A stretch of 64,000 nucleotides of DNA from positions 669,715 through 733,714 of the forward strand of contig JAKMXF010000188.1 in the NCBI GenBank assembly GCA_024704765.1, read 5' to 3'. Under the pieces are notes generated by a model that saw only the letters and a list, made by a program, of their open reading frames with translations, was not told the origin of the DNA and searched no databases. The stretch is from Oopsacas minuta (lineage: Eukaryota > Animalia > Porifera). Shown one piece after another: positions 58,634 to 64,000 of this stretch (its first letter is position 1; each line of letters opens with the position of its first letter). The position numbers were made by a program, and so were the translations under genes.

Positions 58634-60442
58634 ATGGACACCCCAAGAATGAGCAGTCTCCTGGCATGGTTATGCACATTCCCACACTGTAACAATATTA
58701 CCAAATTTGAATCTCTAACTGATGGGAGAATTCTAGCATTAAGTTTGCATAGAATAGATCCTGCATTTTTCACTAAAGAATGGTTGGTTCAAATTGCTGA
58801 GGTAGGTGAAAGTAACACTCAATTGAAACAGAGAAACATCGGAAAGATTGTGAAATCAGTGGTTGATTATAATCGTGAAGTGTTACAGGTATCTAACACA
58901 TCTATTGGGAACTTGAATGTAGTTGAAATCGTGAATGGTAGCAATCATCAGGATCTCTGCCAGCTTATTCTGGCTCTGCTTAACATAGCTGTAAACTGTG
59001 AGAAGAAGGAAGAACACGTGAGTAGAATAATGCAGCTAGACAGTGCTGTACAGAAGGACATTATGGAGATCTTACAGGAGGGAATGGAGGTACAGGAAAT
59101 CGTGCGTGAGGCGAATAATCATGTAGATATACACTGGGATCTGGAGATGGTGACGAAGGAGAGAGATATCCTATTTCAGGAATCTACTCATAAGGAAACT
59201 GCATTGAAATCTATGGAGGAGGAGAAAGATGCTTTGCAATGTGAACTGGACCGCTTCAGAGAGCAGGTGAGCTCTCTGGAGGAGAAATCTCACAGATGTG
59301 TAGAGTTAGAAATACAGGTGGAACAGCTGCAGGATGATCTGACAAGTTTACACCGTAGTAGGGTAGAGCTAGAAACTTCTGTTGAAGAATTGAAAATAAA
59401 GAACGAGAACTTAGAACATGATTTAGGTATCAGTCAAGATAAGAACATCGATTATCATAACAAGCAATCGGAAATGGAACACATGCGAGATAAGCTGGAT
59501 GAAATGCCTCAGTTGGAGCTAAAACTTGCCAATTACGAGAAAAAATTATTGAGACTAGAAAATGACAATAGGAATGTTCTACTTCTGAAGGAAAACTTGG
59601 TTTTTCTCCAAAATAAGAACAAAAAATTAATTCAAGAAAAGTTGAATATGGAAAAGGGTATGAAAGAGCTTGAGGAGAAGAGATTTCATTCTCTGCAACA
59701 AAACGAACAGCTACAGTTAATGCAATCTGAGATTAACGAATATAAAACTAGTTTAACACAAGCCGAGAGGCAACTGATCAACTCAGAAGAACAAGCATCT
59801 TCTCTACAGAATGACCTTAGGAAAATAACTGAGGAGAGAGATAACTTGTTATGTGCTTTAACAAGCACACCTGAAGATCCTAACTTACTATCTCTAGAAG
59901 CTTCTCTCCTGCCTGGTGACAGACTAGACTCAATTACAGAAGTATTCACGCCTGAGATGAAAGAACGACTGGCTAGATTGGAATCAGATAACTCAGAATT
60001 GAGAAGGAAAATACAGCTCACTAGCTCAAGTAGTAAAGTTGAAGGAGGAGATGAAATAGAAGCGGAAAGATCACTCTCTCCTGGAAATATTGAAGTGTTT
60101 GAGAAAGAACTTCAAATTGACGAACTCAAAAACGAGTTAAGTTCTCGTAACAAAGAAGTTAGCAAACTTAAGAACTATCTCGTAAAGATGAAGAAAATAA
60201 AGATAAAACCTGAAAAAGATGAAGTGATGCCACCTCGTATGGATCATGAAGATAGACTAGTTATGGCTTCATGGTATAGAATGGGTCTGGAGGTACACAA
60301 TAGAGCAGATCTATATAAGGCACCTGCAGCTGGTAATAATACGCGAGTCGGTCAGGATGTAGCTAATATGAAATATGATTCTACCCCAAAGAAAGATATT
60401 GAACTACCCCCACTTAAACCACAGGAACCTAATGACCAATAA
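58634..60442 (+). CDS. HOOK: Hook-family microtubule-tethering/dynein adaptor protein, intronless
   Basis: 602-aa ORF. The N-terminal Hook domain LLAWLCTF...ILALSLHRIDPAFFTKEWL...LILALLNIAVNCEKKEEHVSRIM matches the Hook consensus (LLTWIQTF...IDPAYF...LQLILGCAVNCE). A long coiled coil follows, with the conserved C-terminal LVMASWYRMGL (compare SAWYNMGM). Confidence 0.82.
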   Translation: MDTPRMSSLLAWLCTFPHCNNITKFESLTDGRILALSLHRIDPAFFTKEWLVQIAEVGESNTQLKQRNIGKIVKSVVDYNREVLQVSNTSIGNLNVVEIVNGSNHQDLCQLILALLNIAVNCEKKEEHVSRIMQLDSAVQKDIMEILQEGMEVQEIVREANNHVDIHWDLEMVTKERDILFQESTHKETALKSMEEEKDALQCELDRFREQVSSLEEKSHRCVELEIQVEQLQDDLTSLHRSRVELETSVEELKIKNENLEHDLGISQDKNIDYHNKQSEMEHMRDKLDEMPQLELKLANYEKKLLRLENDNRNVLLLKENLVFLQNKNKKLIQEKLNMEKGMKELEEKRFHSLQQNEQLQLMQSEINEYKTSLTQAERQLINSEEQASSLQNDLRKITEERDNLLCALTSTPEDPNLLSLEASLLPGDRLDSITEVFTPEMKERLARLESDNSELRRKIQLTSSSSKVEGGDEIEAERSLSPGNIEVFEKELQIDELKNELSSRNKEVSKLKNYLVKMKKIKIKPEKDEVMPPRMDHEDRLVMASWYRMGLEVHNRADLYKAPAAGNNTRVGQDVANMKYDSTPKKDIELPPLKPQEPNDQ

Positions 60443-61105
60443 TATTCATTTTAGCAAATTCTTAAAGAGTAAAATCTGTCTAATCATAATATATTGTGGT
60501 CTAACACATACTAGACTGACAATTGATACAATAAAATTTCTATAACATTTTGTAAATGCTTTGAATTACTGTGCATTATTAACTTATTTATCCTCTTAAG
60601 AATGATATATTACATCTCATTATCGAGATGTTTAGGATTATTCTTTGTAAGATAGCATCTTTAATACACTACATATACACGATAGCCTTCTTTAAAGTTA
60701 TATACAGTGGGCATTGCTTATAAGATCAGCGTTTATTAATAATATCGGTTATAAGTATATGTTCTAATAAGCGATAATAACTTATCTGGTTTTATTTATA
60801 GGGAAGTAGGGAGCACAAAATTATTGCTGCTATAGGATATTATTCTGAATTTCTTAAGAGGTACTTTCGGTTAGTACGTACTAATTATTGTTCCCAAAGG
60901 GTACGGTACGTCTTATCCGAGTTGGAGAGCTCTACAGTATAATAAATATTCTGCAAATGAGCAAAATTAATTTCGTGATGTCATAACTTGTAAGTTGTAA
61001 TGTATATTATAGCAGGCGTAGAAAACATCACGATTCATAGAGGAAACAAATAATTAATGTGTTCCTTGAACTTATCTGTAATCTATGTGTGCTTTCCAAT
61101 TATGT

Positions 61106-62318
61106 TCGGATTAGTTAATTAATCTAATTAATTAAGTGAGGTTTTTAGGTTATGAAATAAACAGGGGGCTAACGAATCAGCTGGTAATTCCTATCTTGGA
61201 TTGTAGGTAGCATCCTTTATAGGTTTGTTTACTATTGACAATTATTGTAGTTTTCTAGTTCTGTGGAATACTTTATCATATTCTCGTTTATGAAGGAAAT
61301 TATCGAACTCATTAATTCCCAATTAATAAATATAATTATACATATACTACTTTCCCGTTAAGTCTTTTGATAAGGTAGAAAGAATTGTCACATCAGCGAG
61401 TATAAAGTAATGCCAGTAAAATGTTAACCTTATTTCACATATGAGTGTGAGGTTTATTACAGACATAGATTAAGAGAATAATCTGATATTTTTCTAACAA
61501 CGATCGAGTTACACAGGTCTAATTTACATTACTCGACTATCTTTAAATTGTCGGATTTTGAAATAGCAAGGTTCCGGATTAATGAGGTTGTTTTCTGTAC
61601 AAAAACGATCCGTGAACAGAAATAATGTCGGTTTAGGGAAATTCCGGATTACACAGGTGTCGGATTACGGAGGTTCCACTGTATCTATAATATCATTTTC
61701 GCAGGTAAATTCCGCAGGCACGCTATAAGTAGCTGCAGGCCCAGCCTGGGGGGGATGAGCTGGCGCTGGCAAAGCCATTTGATAGGATTATATCTTCTAA
61801 ATTTCCACGGGAAATAAGTGTGTTGATTACTGCTACAAAGTTAAACTCATAATGATCCAGAATAATATCTGATAGATGAGTTTACTGATAATTAATACAT
61901 TAGAAAGCCAGAAATATGTTGAATATAAAAGATCAAATTTAATCTATGTCTGTAATAAACCTCACACTCATATGTGAAATAAGGTTAACATTTTACTGGC
62001 ATTACTTTATACTCGCTGATGTGACAATTCTTTCTACCTTATCAAAAGACTTAACGGGAAAGTAGTATATGTATAATCACATAATTAGAATTTATAATTA
62101 CTCTAATATGTATAATTATATTTATTAATTGGGAATTAATGAGTTCGATAATTTCCTTCATAAACGAGAATATGATAAAGTATTCCACAAAACTAGAAAA
62201 CTACAATAATTGCCAATAGTAAACAAACCTATAAAGGATGATACCTACAATCCAAGATAGGAATTACCAGCTGATTCGTTAGCCCCCTGTTAGTTTCATA
62301 ACCTAAAATCTCACTTAA
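61106..62318. repeat. Large imperfect palindrome (arms about 61106-61480 and 61940-62318, roughly 95% identical with indels) around a roughly 460-bp core
   Basis: The reverse complement of 61940-62290 reads ...ttaagtgagattttaggttatgaaactaacagggggctaacgaatcagctggtaattcctatcttggattgtaggtatcatcc.... This matches 61130-61215 and continues through ...tgtgaggtttattacagacatagattaa. The core holds a truncated Tc1-like MITE end (61545-61681) and a GC-rich segment. Confidence 0.7.
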
Positions 62319-64000
62319 TCCGAATTATAGTTTACTAGTATGTTGAAAATTTTGTTTACTTACAAGTGTGTTGAATCTAGTACACTGCTAGTATAATATT
62401 ACACAACCATAAGGCTTGCATTAACTTTTAACAACTTTTTCGTTTTCTAATAATGTTGAATTATTGAGCTTCCGACGGGCAAGGGCCTGTGCCTGCCAGG
62501 ACTTGCTGGCAGGCACAGTTAAATTTTCCGCAGGCCCGGTATGACCTGCGGATTGTTAGACTTTGTGCCAAAAATTAATTAATTAATTGATACTCCAGCA
62601 TATTACTATGCATACCTTCTCCGTATTTGAGAAATAAGAATGTACTTAGATTGTGAATACAGTGGATCCTGATCCTATCAAAATATGGTCAAGTGACCCA
62701 TCAAATTGCTGGAATTTTCATGTTGAGTATGAATATGGTTGTTAAAATTGGTGTTTACATTGATTCGATGCGATTTGAAGAATTTACAGCCTGGGAGATG
62801 TTCCGGCGATTAGCTGACCGCCCGCCCAGAAAAATAAATAATTCGCGATACCTCCATACAATACCCATATATTTTTACAATATATTTAGCTATCTCTGTG
62901 TCATTTTCATACTAGTTACTTGTATCAAATGAACAATTTTATTGCTATGCTGCCCAACTATATATGGTATATGTAGAGGAACATAATATTTACCAGTATA
63001 ATGCAATCTGTAATATACATCTGGATCAATAATTATGATATACGTACTATGCACTATTGTACATCCATTAGAATACTTATCTCTTAGGCTCTATCTCCCT
63101 CCATACATGGAAAAGTTTAGATAAATGAGAGAAGATTGAAATTCAATAATATATAACTACTGTCTTCTCAGAGTAAGCCGCGAGATCTCGTCTGTACAAT
63201 AATAAGCACCCAAGTGCTGTTCAGGGACTTTTTGTATAGGCATAGGCATCACCTCACGCTTTATCTGGCCTCGACATAACTGGTTCTGAGATATATTGGT
63301 TAAAACTCCTAAAATACCACTGGAGTAACAAGAAGGTTACATACTATAGTCTAGTTAATACACTGACTCTATGAGTCAGGGATAGAGCCATCGATGGGCC
63401 GGAAGGAACAACTGAAGAGGACCATTTATAGGGTACAGTTTCACTTAATTTTGCTATACACCTCGCTCGAGCGAAGTTATGCATATTCATTGACCTTCCT
63501 TTAATAGTATATTATAAATATTGTAATCGATAGTATCACATATTTAATTCGTAGTAAAGAATCTGATTAACAATTATTATCTGACTTCGAGGTAAAATCT
63601 GCTGAGTCCATCCACTTCTTCTGTACTTTGCACCAAGTGTTTTGTGAGCACGATGGCTAATTACAATATCATTTCGACTGGTTTCTATGGAACTAATTTT
63701 GTCCTTTAGTAATGTATTTATTCTCCTGTATTTGCAACGCTTATTTTAGCTGAATTATTCATTTACTTCACTTCTGTAAAGGATTAAATCACCCAATAAA
63801 CACTTAACAGTCTAGCTCTAACTCCTCGATTACATTACATATACGCCAATTCGTAATTTGATCAGTGGCGTAGCCACGGGGGGGCAAGGGGGGGCACTTG
63901 CCCCCCCTTCCTATTGTGAACTAACGTTTTTGTCCGGCCTTTAGTAGTGTTCCTATTTCAACCAAGTACTGGGAACTGGAATAAATTATGATTTACCATT

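Noticed and set aside
59686-60021. Minus-strand 111-aa ORF
   Set aside because: Antisense to the Hook coiled-coil region.
1-64000. Prokaryotic-style operon or defence-system interpretation, and CRISPR arrays
   Set aside because: The sequence is spliced eukaryotic DNA. It has GT-AG introns, metazoan-only gene families (TRAF, Hook, ALIX, MVP, IFT52) and eukaryotic transposons. No repeat-spacer architecture is present.

Overview
This is an AT-rich nuclear genomic segment from a metazoan (an invertebrate animal); it is not prokaryotic or viral. It carries 11 protein-coding genes on both strands. Gene families were recognised by eye from the ORF track and exon/intron structures rebuilt by hand.

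Genes in order: (1) the 5' part of a coiled-coil/NHL-repeat gene on the minus strand, running off the window start; (2) a 7-exon ALIX/PDCD6IP homolog (minus); (3) a nucleoredoxin-like gene with tandem WCPPC thioredoxin-like domains (plus); (4) an intronless pseudokinase+Kelch gene; (5) an intronless IFT52; (6) an intronless prosaposin-like gene with about 10 saposin-B domains; (7) a 16-exon kinesin-6 (KIF20/MKLP2-like) gene; (8) an intronless TRAF-like gene (TRAF zinc fingers + MATH); (9) a second coiled-coil/NHL-like paralog (minus); (10) a 5-exon major vault protein gene; (11) an intronless Hook gene.

Intergenic and intronic DNA is dense with transposon debris. There is a frameshifted Tc1/mariner copy with TA target-site duplications inside a kinesin intron. 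There are hAT-like MITEs with 8-bp duplications, Tc1-like MITEs with TACAGTG termini, and dispersed SINE-like families. A 25-bp minisatellite of about 23 copies is also present.

The most striking structure is a 1.87-kb foldback element with two perfectly identical 874-bp arms. It is flanked by a perfect 8-bp target-site duplication and sits inside a nucleoredoxin intron where an exon appears to be missing. A second, imperfect 1.2-kb palindrome with GC-rich hairpins lies near the 3' end of the window.

No rRNA, tRNA or CRISPR could be supported by eye.
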